A DNA stretch of 64,000 nt from the human T2T-CHM13v2.0 reference genome, Homo sapiens (GCF_009914755.1 NC_060942.1), one strand, 5' to 3'. Shown: positions 25,491 through 38,994, counted from the first letter of the stretch. Numbers and translations are program-made. The notes: a model not told the origin generated them from the letters alone.

Positions 25491-25726
25491 TGCTTTCATG
25501 TCTACTTACGCATACATTCACTTATTTATCTGGATATTTTATCAATAAAAATTGGAATACAAATTATAGTTAATACTTCAAACTATACACTGTTTTACAA
25601 ACATTATCTTCTTTACTTTTCATGATGCCCCAAGAGAGATATATAATCGTCTTTATTTATGGATAAGGGAAGTGGAATATTGGTAGGTGATATATGTTAC
25701 CTGGATTGGTATCTCAGTCCTCCTAA

Positions 25727-26420
25727 TGTGCTAGTTTTGTGTAGGGCATGAAGATGTATAAAACAAACCTTTAAAGATTTTAGGTCAGATGCAGCATATA
25801 CATATATAACTAATACAAAGCAGTATTAATGGGTTCCAAGGGATACAAATAGAATGCTATAAAAGTAATAGGGAGAAAAAGGCCATTCATAAGCATGGTA
25901 ATAAGGGAAGATTTCAAGAAAGGGGCACCTTTTAAATACAGCCTTGAGAAATATGTGGTCTGACAGGTAGAGATGTTGAGAGGTCCTTTCAAGGAAAGGG
26001 CAGAGCTAGAATAAGGTTGCAGAAATGGAAAAGCACAGAGCATGTTAGGAGAGAAATAAATGAGGCAAAAGTAGGAATTTTATGGGGAAGAAGGTGAAGA
26101 AGAAGTAAAATGACTGACATTGAGTAACTACCCAGGAAATATTTATGGAATGAATACAAAGTGAGTTTGAGGCCACTTGAGAAAGTCTTGAGTGACAGGC
26201 TAGGGTGTGGGCTTTTCTGATAGGCACTGGGTAGCCATTTCGGATTTTTGAGTTGGAAATAGCATGCTTAGAACACACCATAACTTTGGAAGCAATTTCA
26301 GAATAACCAGAGAGGGGAGAGACAGGAACAGTGATAAGTCAGAATGCGATTGTAAAATTGCAGGCAAAGGTATAGTTCAGGAACACAGTGGTGCTGGGGA
26401 TCGTGGAGAACGAAGAATGA
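25727..26420 (-). mobile_element. L2 LINE relic
   Basis: Purine-rich antisense L2 (agggaagatttcaagaaagggg...taggcactgggtagccat...gatttttgag). Confidence 0.7.
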
Positions 26421-28269
26421 AAGGCAATAAAATTTTTCTCACAGTTAGCATAAAACCTTATTTATATACAGAGACAAACACGCACACACACTACAGCTTC
26501 GTAACACAGGACCATATATGTTCATCCAAGACAGCAAATATATTCTCCCCTCAGGAAAGGGGACCAATGCACACCACTTATTTTTCATTTCCCATTAATT
26601 TTAATTACAGAAATGGAATGTATTATGCAACCTTTAAAATTTCACATCATGGATGCATGCTGAGAGCCCTTTCAAACTGAATTTCAAACAATTCAATTTC
26701 TAAGGTCTGTGTTAAAGGAGATAGGAAGGAACTGACACTATCGTTTACATATCTGCATTTTAATATGAGTTTCCTTAATGCCCTCCCGCTTGACAAATGA
26801 CAGCTTTTGAAATTTTTAAATAAATACTTTTGGGGTTTGTGTCCTCAGGGAGGACCCTGTTTAGCTGGAAAGACAATAGACTAAAAGCAGCAGGCCTTAC
26901 GGTCAGCTTTCTAACCTTCCCCAGTGTTTGCAAAGTGTTAGGCTTATTTCTGAACCAGTATTTTGGTAGGTTCCAGCTTTCATGATCCGGGAAGTGTGTT
27001 GTTCACCTTCCTTTCCCTGTTACTCAACACCTTGTCCTGCAGCACAGATTTCTCCAGCATAGACAGAAAATACAAAATGCATAAGTCCTGGTAATGATAC
27101 AGAGGAAGGCCTCTATTTGCATACCCTTCATAATTCAATTTAATTTTTTTTTGTCAAGAGTTCTGAATGCTTTGTGTTTGCTTTAATCAGAATGTTGACA
27201 TTTACACTGAAGCCAATTTCTCTTTTTCTTCTCCATGTTTTGTTTAACTACGACAAGTGACAGCAAACTGGAAAGAACAGACTTTTTAAATTGGCTCCTT
27301 GCCCAGAATGCATCATTTCTCTTGTAGCTTTCCCCCCTTCCTATGCATCGCAAGAGGAAATGTGAAAACATACTTTGCGAACACAAGAGTGAGGTGTTAC
27401 TGCTTTTAGATAAAGATTTGTGTTGTATTTTAAAACCAGATTGCTGTACAGTTTCGAGCTATTAGCAGGAGCTTATTACGCCATGGCTCCAGGTCCTTGG
27501 AGAAATATGCTTAGTATATTTCAGTAATTCAAGGCAAATAGAAAACTATATGTGAAAATACTTAAAGGCAAAAAGCATCAACTCCTGAAGGCTGCAGAAA
27601 GCAATAAACAAGCATGGCACCTGCCATTAACTCTTTTCAAAAACAATTTATCTAATTGCTCCCTGTCATGCCCCAAATTGTGGAGAGAAGAACCAATGTG
27701 AAAATGAACCTGTGATATTAGCCATTCAGAAAAGCAACAAGCAATAGTGCAGCAAGCACGTTGCCCTCTTTAGCAGAGCATGCTGTTGTTGGGTTTCACG
27801 CTTGATCTCTAACAGTTCTATGAGAATGTAGCTTATAATTGAATTAGAATTTGCCCATCTATCAGATTCAATGGTTTAAATCAGAAATAAGTTTGTGAAT
27901 GGCTTTATCAAACACAAAGGAAAAATACAGCACCAAAGACCTACCTGGTTAGGTAGGTTAGGTACCTGGTTAGGTAGGTCTTTGTGTCCCTTCATGGAAT
28001 TTAATTCTGACTCAACAAAGAGACAGGAAACAAAACGATTGGGTTTCAAATAAAGCAGATGTTGAAGTCATAGTTTACTCTGCTAGAATATCATCTTTAG
28101 AGTGACTGAGGTACCACCCTGCCTTCAGGCAGAAATCTCTTCTAAAACCCTTGCAAATATACCTTTTTCCCGTGTATTCAGAAATCAGAAGGAAATAGAT
28201 ACTATAAATATCAAAGATTTACCTGAAGAGAATCAGAAAATCAAATGAGAGAGTGACGTACTCTTCCTG

Positions 28270-28517
28270 TTTTTTTGTATTTTGTTTTTGAGATAGGGTC
28301 TCCCTCTGTCACCCAGGCTAGAGTGCAGTGGTGTGATCACTGCGCACTGAAGCCTTGACTTCCTGGGGTCAGCTGATGCTCCTACCCTAATTTTTTGTAT
28401 TTTTTTTTTTTATAGAGACGAGGTTTCGCCATGTTGTCCAGACTGATCTTGAATTCATGGGCTCAAGCAATCTGCCCCCAAAGTGCTGAGATTACAGGCA
28501 TGAGCTATCACACCCGT
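28270..28517 (-). mobile_element. AluJ with two internal deletions
   Basis: Antisense Alu lacking the cagcctcc...ggct and cctcggcctc segments; cgtactct on both flanks. Confidence 0.9.
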
Positions 28518-28546
28518 ACTCTGATCTTTCTATTGCTTAGCTACCA

Positions 28547-28880
28547 TAGTGTTTCACTAACCGGGGGCTTCACTAACATGGAGGATTCACTAACATGGGA
28601 TCTCACATAATGGTCATCACAAAGTACATAGAGAAAACAACAAGTGATTTTCAAATTCTTAATTCTAATTTATTTCTGTGAACTCAATGTAATTGCTCTC
28701 AAATTGCATTTTGTTAACTGAAAAATTATAGAAAGTAGATTTGTACCTTATAATGTAAGCATTATTGCATCAAAATATATTTTCAATTATATTTGCACAT
28801 ATATGTATTCATATGTGAATTCAGTTATGACATAAAATGCATTTCCTACTGTGGGTCAGCAATCAAATTTTCAAAACACT
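28547..28880. mobile_element. Charlie4-like hAT relic
   Basis: Ends aaaatgcatttcctactgtgggtcagcaatcaaattttcaaaacact; starts agtgtttc. Confidence 0.5.
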
Positions 28881-29331
28881 AAAAATGTAAACATACCCAA
28901 ATACACCTTATCTATCCACTGTGCTTCAAATTCTACCTTTCACCACTTTTGGGGCATGCAAATACATCAGAGAGGAAATCTATTCCTGACAGATAAATGT
29001 AAGTTTATCAGATGCTTCTTTTGCCCTGAGAAGTCTCTCTAGGGGAACACAAGGGAACTTAGTACCATAGCAAAAAGATAAACAATCCCTGGTATATACA
29101 AAATAAAAAATGTACATTTATTTTTAAAAAATGAGTGAAGAGTGTTCACATGGAAGATAGACAAGAAAAGCAAGGTAACAGAAAAAATCACCACAAATCT
29201 TACCAGCTGCTGACAGGGAATCTATTCATGTCTATGAAAGGGATATGAGGATAGAATGGGTGGAAAGAGAGAAGCCATATTCAATTTATCAACCTAGGAT
29301 TTTGAGAGATTATTTGGGGCAAGAACTGGAG

Positions 29332-29794
29332 TGTACTAATTTCTTAAGTCTTAAGTTGAACAAAGTTCAACAAACTGGGTGGCTCAAAACAGAAATTTAT
29401 TTTGTCACTGTTTTAGAAGCCAGAAGTCTGAAATCAAGGGTCAGCGGGACCATGCTCTCACTGAAGGCTCTAGAGAAAATCAGTTGCATGCCTTTCTCTT
29501 AGCTTCTGGTGTTCCTGGCAGTCCTTGGGGTTCCTTAGCATTCACTGGCTTGTAGACGTATCAATCCAAACTGCTTTCATTGTCAAATGGCATTCTCCTT
29601 GCGTATCCCTGTGTCTGTGTCTTTTTTCTCTTAATAAGAACACTAATTATACTGAATGGGAGCCCACCTGAATGATTTTATCTTAAATTGACTGCATCTG
29701 ATAAACCCTATTTCCAAAAAAAGTCATGTTCACAGGTACTAAGGGTAAAGATTTCAACATATCTCTTGGGGGGGAAATGGTAGAACCCGCAACA
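29332..29794 (-). mobile_element. MLT1C-like MaLR LTR
   Basis: acaaactgggtggctcaaaacagaaatttatt...ccctatttccaaa...gatttcaacatatctcttggggg. Confidence 0.88.
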
Positions 29795-29899
29795 GGAAAG
29801 TGGATTGAAATTTCATATGTCAGGAAACCACTGTTTTTCCTGACATGAGGGAGAGGAAGAGTAGAGAAAGTTGTACATTTATAATGAAAGTTATCTGTT

Positions 29900-31415
29900 A
29901 ACACGAAAGCCATGTTCAAGACTGTGAAAAAATATTCTGGGAGTTAATGTTTAGGTAATGCAAACCAAAACAAGTAAGGCTAGACAAAAATCTTTGTAAT
30001 AAATTGTTTGAAATCATATGACAACTTACAGGAAAGTAAAGAATTATGGGACAAAATCTAAAAGGAGAAAGGAACCCAGAGATGAGAGACTGATCTTTAA
30101 GGCTAATTTTCCCCTTAGGGCATCTCTTAGTTCTAGAAAAAGAGCTGGTACTCTGAGAGGCCAAGAAGTTGAAAATTGTTTACAACCACCTCACTAAACT
30201 AAGGAACATTGGAATTCAAGGTCAGCCAATGGAAGTCCTGGTAACTTATACTCCTAAAGATATTCAGCTGGGAACCCTAGGACTACAACCTAGGACTAGA
30301 AATAAAATAAAATAGCAGTTGTGGTTATTAGAGCCCAGCTTCAAATAATCTTAACGTCTGATTAGACTAAGGTGCTTCGAGAGTTTTACTACTGCCTGCT
30401 CAAAGCAAACATAACACTTTATGGAAGAAAACATAATATATGGTTTAAATTGTCTCTGAATTTTATATGCACGGCATCTAGCAGTCAATAGAAAATAACC
30501 AGGTATAAAAATGGAAAAATGTGATTGAAAAATAAGAGAAACAATATACAGTAGAAAAAGAACCATAAGTATTCCATACTATGGAGTTATTAGGCATATA
30601 CCTTAAAGGGCTAGGCGTAGTAGGTTCAAAGAGATAAAAGGACGGTTGAAGAATTTAACCAGATGGCAAGAAACCATAAAAAGAAATAGACTTTCTAAAG
30701 AAAATACAACTGAAATTAAGTATTCCAAGGATACATAAGAAAATACTTAGAGATAAAACAATGTAAAATATTTCTATAAGAGAATGAAAGACATTAGAGG
30801 CATATAAAATACAGCAAAAAATTCTAACAAAAGTGTAATTTGAGACCCATAGAGGAAGTTTGAAGCAATAAAGATTGGAAATTTTCCAGATTGAGGAAAA
30901 ACATCAGTCTACTTATTTTAGAAGTGCAACAAACATCAAGCTGGATTAATAGAATAAACTTCTACTTACATATATCATACTAAAATGGCTGAGAGCCAAA
31001 CACAAAAAAGAATATTAAAAGCAGTAGAGATGGGAAGAGAGACCAGATTCCCTTCAGAAGAACTGCAATAAGACCAAATAAACAAGACCAAAGGACATCT
31101 TATCTACAGAATAATGGAAAACAGGAAGAAAAATGGAATCATCTTCAAAGCGTTCAAAGAAAAATAATTGTTGAGTTATTCAGCCAACCAAAGCACCCCT
31201 AAAGAATTGTTTAAATATAAGTAGAACAAATGCCCCATGTGAGATAAAGATTTTCAGACTTAAAGCTCATCAAACTTTGCTATTCTACAAAAGACATGTT
31301 TAAAATAAAAACACAAAATATTAAAAGTAGAAAAACTATAGTGTGCAAATATTTAAAAAGAGAACGGTTGTAACCATAGTATTGTAGATACTTTTTCAAA
31401 AGCATTACTAAAAAT
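29900..31415 (+). mobile_element. Ancient L1M 5'UTR/ORF1/ORF2-start relic
   Basis: ctgattagactaaggtg, ORF1-like aattttccagattg...atattaaaagcag, and endonuclease-start-like ctacaaaagacatgtttaaaat. Confidence 0.65.
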
Positions 31416-33325
31416 CTGAGAGACTTTCAGTTTTAAGGAGCTTAGAAATCTGTACTCCATCCTAACAGCAAGTAGAAATCTTAACTGAATAAGCAGACTG
31501 TTCTTAAACCCTTCAGATAAGTGAGGTCACAGGTGAAACCACTGACCCCAAATTGGAGAGAGAGACAGGTGGACACGGAAAACCACAGCTTACCTGAGCA
31601 GAAACCCACAAGCGGAAACCTCTGTGGGAATCAGTGCTGAAGTAGGAAAACCTGAATTATAATTAATGAATTGCTAGAGGCTCAGTGTGGACAAGCCTGA
31701 GAGGTAAAAAGTTCACGAGGATCCAGTCCTAGAGGGATTGAGTTCTGGGGGGTAGGATCCAGTCCTAGATCCTGCATGCTTTTGTGAGATTTCCCTCCAG
31801 GAGCCTTACCAGGTTCTCAGTGAATATCAGAAGAAAATCTCCACAGGCTTCCGGCAAGGTGCGGTGGGGGGAAAGTAACGATTTTAAAATACACCAGAAC
31901 ATTCTGTTCTTCCTAACAAGTTCTGTCCTCAGGAGAACTTATTTTACCAAAGCCTAATCTGCTGGGGCTTTATCAGAACCTAACCTTCCTGGGTGAAGGA
32001 AAAGACCCAACTCTAATCAGCTCCAGCTTTTCATATGGCGAAAGGAAATTTACTCAACCCCAGTTCCCTCTAGCCTTCCATTTGAGGAACTCTAACCATC
32101 CTGTCCTCCCTAAGGAGTAGGCGTTAGGAGGGACTGAGAAGCCCTGGTGAATTTCACAGTGCAGGGGCCACAGGCTCATCAAAAGACAGAGACCTGGTCT
32201 TAAGGCTATGAAATGATTCTCCCCCCTTCCACCCAACATTTCACCACCACATCACTGCAGACTTATTTACAGCTGTTCCTATTACCCAGTACATAATGTC
32301 TGGCCATCAGGAAAAAATATATATAAAATACACTAAAAGGAAAACACAGTTTGAAGGGACTGAATGAGAAGCAGAATAACAGATATGGCAGGAAGGTTGG
32401 AATTATACCACTTTTTAAAAACTAATTAATGTGCTAAGGTCTTTAATGGAAAAAAAGACATGCAAGAACATATTAATTATGTAAACACAGAAATGGAGAG
32501 AATCAAAAAGAAATGCTAAAGATAAAAAACACTGTGGAATGGTCTGAATGTTTGTGTCTTTCCAATATCCACAGGTTCAAATCTAATGCCCAATGTAATA
32601 GTATTAAGAGGTGGACCTTTAGAAGATGATTAGGGCATGAGTGGATTAGTGCCATTATAAAAGAAGCCCAAGAGAGTTTGTTTGCCCCTCTCATCATGTG
32701 CAAACACAGTGAGAAGGCTCCATCTATGAAGCAGAGAGTGAGCCCTCACCATACAATGAATATGCTAGTGCTTTGACCTTGAGTTTCCAAGCCCCCAGAA
32801 CTGTGAGTAATAAATTACTGTTGTTTATAAACTTTCCAATCTATGGTTTATAATTCTCCAGTCTTTGTTATAGAAGCTGGAATGAATCAAGACACACTGC
32901 AACAAAAATGAAGAATATTTCTGGTGGGCTTATTAGTAGCCTGGACACAATTGAGGAAAGAATCTCTGCACTTGAAACTATGAAAAAAGATACTTCCAAA
33001 ATTGAAAAGCAAAAAGAAAAAAGGTATACACATACTGGGAGTGCCAGAGGACAGTAATAGGAGAAGAAAGGAACAGAAGCAATATTGGAAGCAATAATGC
33101 CAGAGAATGTCCTCCAAGTTCATGTGAGATACCAAACCACAGATCCAAGAAGTTTGGAGAACATCGAGCAGGATGATTTTCAGAAAGACTACACCTAGGT
33201 ATATTATTTTCAAGATTAGAAAATTAAATGTACAGAAAAAATACATTGAAAGAAGCTAGAGGAGAAAGAAACGAAAACTTACCTATAGAGGAGCAAAAAT
33301 AGAAATGACATTCAACTTCTCAAAC
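31416..33325 (+). mobile_element. L1MC/L1M4-type 5' end with ORF1 relic
   Basis: gagactttcagtt start, aagtgaggtcacagg, ORF1 (accaaaccacagatccaagaag, ctacacctaggtatatt). Confidence 0.8.
32535..32894 (+). mobile_element. MLT1A0-like MaLR LTR
   Basis: atggtctgaatgtttgtgtc...ccagaactgtgagtaataaatt...aagaca; perfect TSD cactg/cactg. Confidence 0.92.
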
Positions 33326-35640
33326 ACCACACAGATTTACAGACAAAGAATAGAAGTCTTAATAGCTCAATGTGTTTGAACACAGCCTCACATCAATAAT
33401 TGGCTGGCCACTAATCTGTGCTGACTCATGCATTACACCTAGCAATCCAGACTTAAAAGTGAAAATGAAAAAAAAACAATAGATGCACTGTTGGCTATAG
33501 GCTCTGGGATAAGTAGACTTCACAGAATTAATCCAGGCAAACCATTAAACAAAAAAGCAGAAATAATAATAATCCTGAAGAGATGAAACAGAATCTGAAA
33601 CTGTTATATAAAATGTCTACTTTTCATTGAAAGTATTCTAAGATATGCAAAGAAACTGAAAAGGGTGATGCATACAAGAAAAAGTCAATAGAAAATGATT
33701 CTAAAGGACACAGATATTGAACTTAAAGACAAAGATCTCAAAGCAACTATTATAAATATGACCAAAGAATTATTGGGAACCACATTTAAATAAAGAGAAG
33801 TGTGATGACAATGACTTGCCAAACAGAAAACACTAATAAAAGAATAGAAGTCCAAAAATAACTGAATATGAAATCTCTAATTGAAAAATATAATTACTAA
33901 AATTAAAAATCACTACAGGATAACATCAGATTCAATATGCAAAAAAAACCTCAATGTAGTTGAAGATAAATCAATATAATAGAACATAGAGAAAAATTAT
34001 TAAAGAAAAATAGAGACTTGAGTACGTGTGTGATATCATCAAATGTACTAACATAAGCATAATGGGAGTTCCAGAACAAAAAGAAGATAGAGGCGAATAA
34101 TTAGAATAAATATTTGGAGAAATAATAGCTGAAAACTTCCCAGACTTGATGAAAACATTAATCTACATAGCCAAGAAGCTCAACAAATTCTCGGTATGAA
34201 AAATACAAAGATATTCACACCTAGCTAGATATATGATAAACTGCTGAAAACTAAAGACAAACAGAAATAAAACTTTGAAAATAGCCAAATAATATAATTA
34301 ATCACAAAAGTGTAACCACAATTATATTGACAGCTGACTTCTCATCAGAAACAATAGTGGACAGAAGGCTGTATGATGGCACAAAGTGTTGAAAGAAAAA
34401 GAAAAACAAAAACTCTCAACCATGATTTTTACATTTAGCAAAATTATTCTTCAAAACTGAAAGTGAAGAAATTATCATACAAACAAGCATGGGAAGAATT
34501 TATCGTTGGTAAACTTGCTTATAGAAATACTAAAGGGTGTACCAGAGAAAAAAGTAAAATGAAACTAGATGGTAATGAAAATCCACACAACGAAATAAAG
34601 ACCTAGTAAAGGTAACTATGTAGGTAAATGTAGAAAACCGTAAAAATATATTTTTCAGTTTTTTACACTTAAAATTTAAAAGAAATGCAAAAAACAATAA
34701 GTATAAATTTGAATTTTAGCACCTATAAAGATGAAATATATATAATAATGATACACATAGACAGCTATATTAAAAAAATCTCTATATTTTTCTGGTATTA
34801 AGAAAGTATTCATTTGTGATAGATTATGGTAAAATAAAATGCATATTTAATCTTTAGAGCAAGCAATATAAAAATTACTCAAAAAGTAGTTTTAAAAAAC
34901 CCAAAGAAGGCTGGGCATGGTAGCTCATGCCTGTAACACCAGCACTTCGGGATGCTGAGGCAGGAGGGTCACTTGACCCCAGGAGTTCAAGACCAGCTTG
35001 GGTAAAAGGAAGGAGAACCTGTGTCTACAAAAAATAAAAATTATCAGCCGGAGTAGTCTCAGGCACCTGTGGTCCCAGCTACTCAGCAGGCTGAGGTGAG
35101 AGACTCACTTGAGCTCAGGAAATCAAGGCTGCAGTGAGCTGTGATTATACCACTTCATTTCAGCCTGGAAAACAGAGTGAAACCCTATATCAAAAAAAAA
35201 GAAAAGAAAATTATACAATAGAAAATGTCTTTTAGCATAAAAAGGCAATACCATTGGAGCAGAGAAATTAAGTGATATAAAACGCATAGAAAACAAATAG
35301 CTAAATGGCAGATATATATTCAGTCACATATATGATTACAATAAAAGTAAATGGATTATATGCTGTAATAATACAGAGATTTTCATTATATATATGTATA
35401 TACACACATATATGTATTCATACACACACACAGAACCAATTATGTGCTATAAACAAGTGACATTCTAAATTTAAATACACAAATAGCTTATCTCTCATGT
35501 ATCTGGTGGTTACATGTCTGTTTTTTTTCCTTGTGATAATCTATTGAAGGGTATAATTGTGTTCATCATATTTTTCTATGATATTGTAAATTTCTCTATA
35601 TATGTTATACTTTGAGAAAAAGAAGCAAAGTAAAATTTTA
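33326..35640 (+). mobile_element. Ancient L1M 5'/ORF1/ORF2-start plus a short 3'-end relic
   Basis: ORF1 remnants (aatgggagttccagaa, gctgaaaacttcccagacttgatg, gctgacttctcatcagaaac); 3' end ggtggttacatg...tatgttatac. Confidence 0.8.
34909..35210 (+). mobile_element. AluJ, full length
   Basis: ggctgggcatggtagctc...cttgagctcagga...aaggctgcagtgagctgtgat. Confidence 0.95.
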
Positions 35641-36077
35641 AAACATGAAAATGTCCATTATAGTTTGGAAGTTTTTCTTTCTATGTACACTTATCTCCAA
35701 CTTGTCTTCCCTGCTCACTGATGCTTCAGCAGAGACAGCCAAGTCTGCACATTTTATCACCATTCCTCATCCCTGCAGAAGGAATAGTCAATTCTGAGAG
35801 TTGAAGGAAGAAGATACTGATATGATTCAGAAACCAGGTACGGCTGAAACCAGCTCATGAGTTAATCAATGTTTCTTTTTTCTCTGTCCTAAATATTACA
35901 TTTTTAAAACTCTCTTGCCATTAACTGGCTCCAGATAATTTGAGTTCTGGCTACTGGAATACGAGTAAATGTGATATAAGGCTTTTTCAAGCAAACCCTC
36001 TGAAACCTCCCATGCTCCCTTGGTGCTATTTTCCCCAGCCCATATGTACGTGGCTGGAAATATGTCAGTGCTTTAAA

Positions 36078-36383
36078 ACTGTACAATTATATATAGTAGT
36101 CACTAATTACATCCAGCTATTAGGCACTGAACTGTGCTAATCTGAGTTGAAACATGATGTCATGAGTAAAATATACAATAGATATTGAAGACATATAACC
36201 AAATAATACAAAATACTAAATATTTTCATACTGATGACATGCTAATATAATACTACACATATATTGGGCTAATTAAGAAATTATTAAAACTGATTTACCT
36301 GCTTTTTACTTTTTTAATGTAGCTATTAGAAAATTTAAAATTACACACATGGGTCGTATTATATTTCTACTGAACAGTGTTTG
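36078..36383. mobile_element. MER33 (hAT-Charlie)
   Basis: tttttactttttaatgtagctattagaaaatttaaaattacac...tatatttctactgaacagtg. Confidence 0.8.
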
Positions 36384-36567
36384 TTCGGGAGGTGGTAGAG
36401 ATACAAAATGGAAGGTCATGGTGGAAAGCTTTGCAAGAGAATAAGCCACCATAGACTCCCCATTTAATAGTTTACAAGTAAAAAAATATATGCTAATGTG
36501 TTAAGCATTGTGTTAAGCCATTGAATTTATTGATTGTTACAGAACCATTCTCATCATCCTGCTGAGG

Positions 36568-36891
36568 TTTTTTTTTTTTTTTTCTGATTGGGGAGGTGCA
36601 GTGGGAGACAGAGTCTCACTCCATCACCCAGGCTGTAGTGCAGTGGTGCAATCATAGCTCACTGTAACCCCAAACTCCTGGGCATAAGTTATCTTGCTGC
36701 CTCAGCCTCCCGAGTGGCTAGGACTACAGGCCTGTACAACCATGCCTGGCTATTTTTAAAAAACATTTTTTTTGTAGAGATGGGGTCTTACTATATTGTC
36801 CAGACTGGTTCAAACTCCTGACTTCAAGGATTCTTCCCACCTCAGCCTCCCAGAATGTTGGGATTACACATGTAAGCCAGAGGACCTGGCC
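36568..36891 (-). mobile_element. AluJ, full length
   Basis: Antisense dimeric Alu (atcatagctcactg, ctcctgggc) with an atypical insert before the tail. Confidence 0.93.
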
Positions 36892-37139
36892 TCTGTTATT
36901 TTAGAGCTAATTTCATTATTGATAAGAAACAGATGAGAAAGTATACAAATCTTAATTTTGCATATATAATGTATGGGTGTATTTTCACTCTACTAAGTCC
37001 TTTATATTTTTTACAACTTTCTAAACATATCCTATTACACTTACAATACAATTCTGAATTTGTTTTATACAAAATGTGAGTCTGATCTGCACCCTGTCTA
37101 CCTCCAAGATCTTATTTAGATTCTTTCTAATGCTTGTGA

Positions 37140-37555
37140 ATACCCATGGTAATCCTGCTGTTTTTTAGCTCTGAAGTATATTTTATATGACATTAATATA
37201 GTCATTTATACATTATTTGATTAGTATTTGCACAAACTATCATTTTCATTATTTTAGTTTGAACCTGCCTATATTTTTATATTTGAAGTGAGTTTCTTTT
37301 AGACAGCCTGTAGGTTGGCCATTTTTTAATCCTATTTCACTTTGGCAACATCTATTTTTAATTAACATATTTTACTACTAACATTTAATATAATCACAAA
37401 CATGTGAGCTTAAGTCTATCATTTATTTTTGTTTTGTGTTTGTTCTTTCTGTTTTTCGTATCTATGTTTCTTCTTCTATAGGTTATTCAAACATATTTTA
37501 GGATTTTATTTTGATTTATCTATGGCATTTTTGAATGTATAGTTTTATAGATTTT
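37140..37555 (-). mobile_element. Ancient L1M ORF2-start/inter-ORF, left piece of a split host
   Basis: gacattaatatag...atatttgaagtgagtttcttttagacagc. Confidence 0.75.
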
Positions 37556-38990
37556 AAAAATTATTAATAGACTTTATATTGAATACAGTTTTACATTAAC
37601 AGAATAATTTAACAAACTGTATATAGGGTTTTACATACCCCTCTCACCTCCCACAAATACTTTCCTCTATTATCACCATCTTAGTTTAGTGTGGTACATT
37701 GATTATTATTAGTGAAACCAATGTTGACATATTATTATTAACTATACTCTGGAGTTCACATTAAGATTCACTCTTTGTTCTATATAGTTGTATGAATTTT
37801 CACAAATGCATAATGACATATATCTGCCATTACAATTTCATAAAGAATAGCTTTATCACCCAAAAAATCACTTGAGTTTCGTCTACTTATTCCTTCCTTC
37901 TCTCCTTGTGACCCTTGGCAACTACTAATTTTTTAAATTGTCGTCTCCAAAATGCCACAAAGTTGTAATTGTAGAGTATGTGGCCTTTTTAGATTGGCTG
38001 CTTTTGACTGACAATATGTACTTAAGATTTCTCTGGGTATCTTTGAGGCTCAATATATCATTTCTTTTTAATTTCTAAATGATATTTCATAGTATCAATG
38101 TACCAAAGTTTGTTTATCCATTTACCCACTGAAGAATATCTTGGTTGCTTCCAGTTTTTGGTGATCATGTACAAAACTTCTGTGAGCATTCATGTGCAGA
38201 TTTTTGTGTAAATATGTTTTCAACTAAATTAGGTAAATGACTTGGAGTGTGATTGTTGATCTATATGTTAAGATTAAATTTTGGTTTGTAAGAAACCACC
38301 TTCAAAACCGTCTTCCTAAGAAAGTAGTACGATTTTGCATACTCACCAGAAGTTTATTAGCATTCCAGTTTTTTTCCATTGAATTGTCTATGTTACTTTG
38401 CCAAATACATGCTGACTATATTAATGCCTTCTAGATTACTGTAGCTAATAAGTCTTAAAATGGTATGGGGCCAGTCTTTCAAATCTATTTTTCTTCTTTA
38501 GTTTTGTATTGCTTTTACTGGGTCTTATTTCTTTTCCATATAAATTTTAGAATTTTTTGTCCATATATAAAAAATATCTTGTGGGGTTTTGATTTGGATT
38601 GTACTGAATTTATATCAAGTTGGAGGGAATTGGCATTTAAAAAATATTGAGTATTCCTATCTGTGAATATAAAATATCACTCCATTTATTTAGAAATACT
38701 TTGATTTTTTAAATCAGAATTGTGTAGTTTTTATTCATATAGGTCCTATACCTGTTTTCCATTTTTGCCTATTTATTTTAGGGGATGCTAATATAAATAT
38801 TTTTGTTTCTTAATTTCAAATTCTAATTCTTCTCTGCTAGTATATGAGACAACAATTGACTTTTTTTATATTATGACCTTGCTATATATCCTAGGACCTT
38901 GCTATAATTGTTTATTAGTTCCAGACATTTCTTTTGGTCAATCTTTGGGATTCTCTACATAGACAATTACATTACCTATTAAAAAACGTC
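37556..38990 (-). mobile_element. L1MC-type 3'UTR/ORF2 relic
   Basis: aatagacttt...tagtgtggtacatt...ttggttgcttccagtttttgg...ccatttatttag. Confidence 0.85.
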
Positions 38991-38994
38991 TTAG

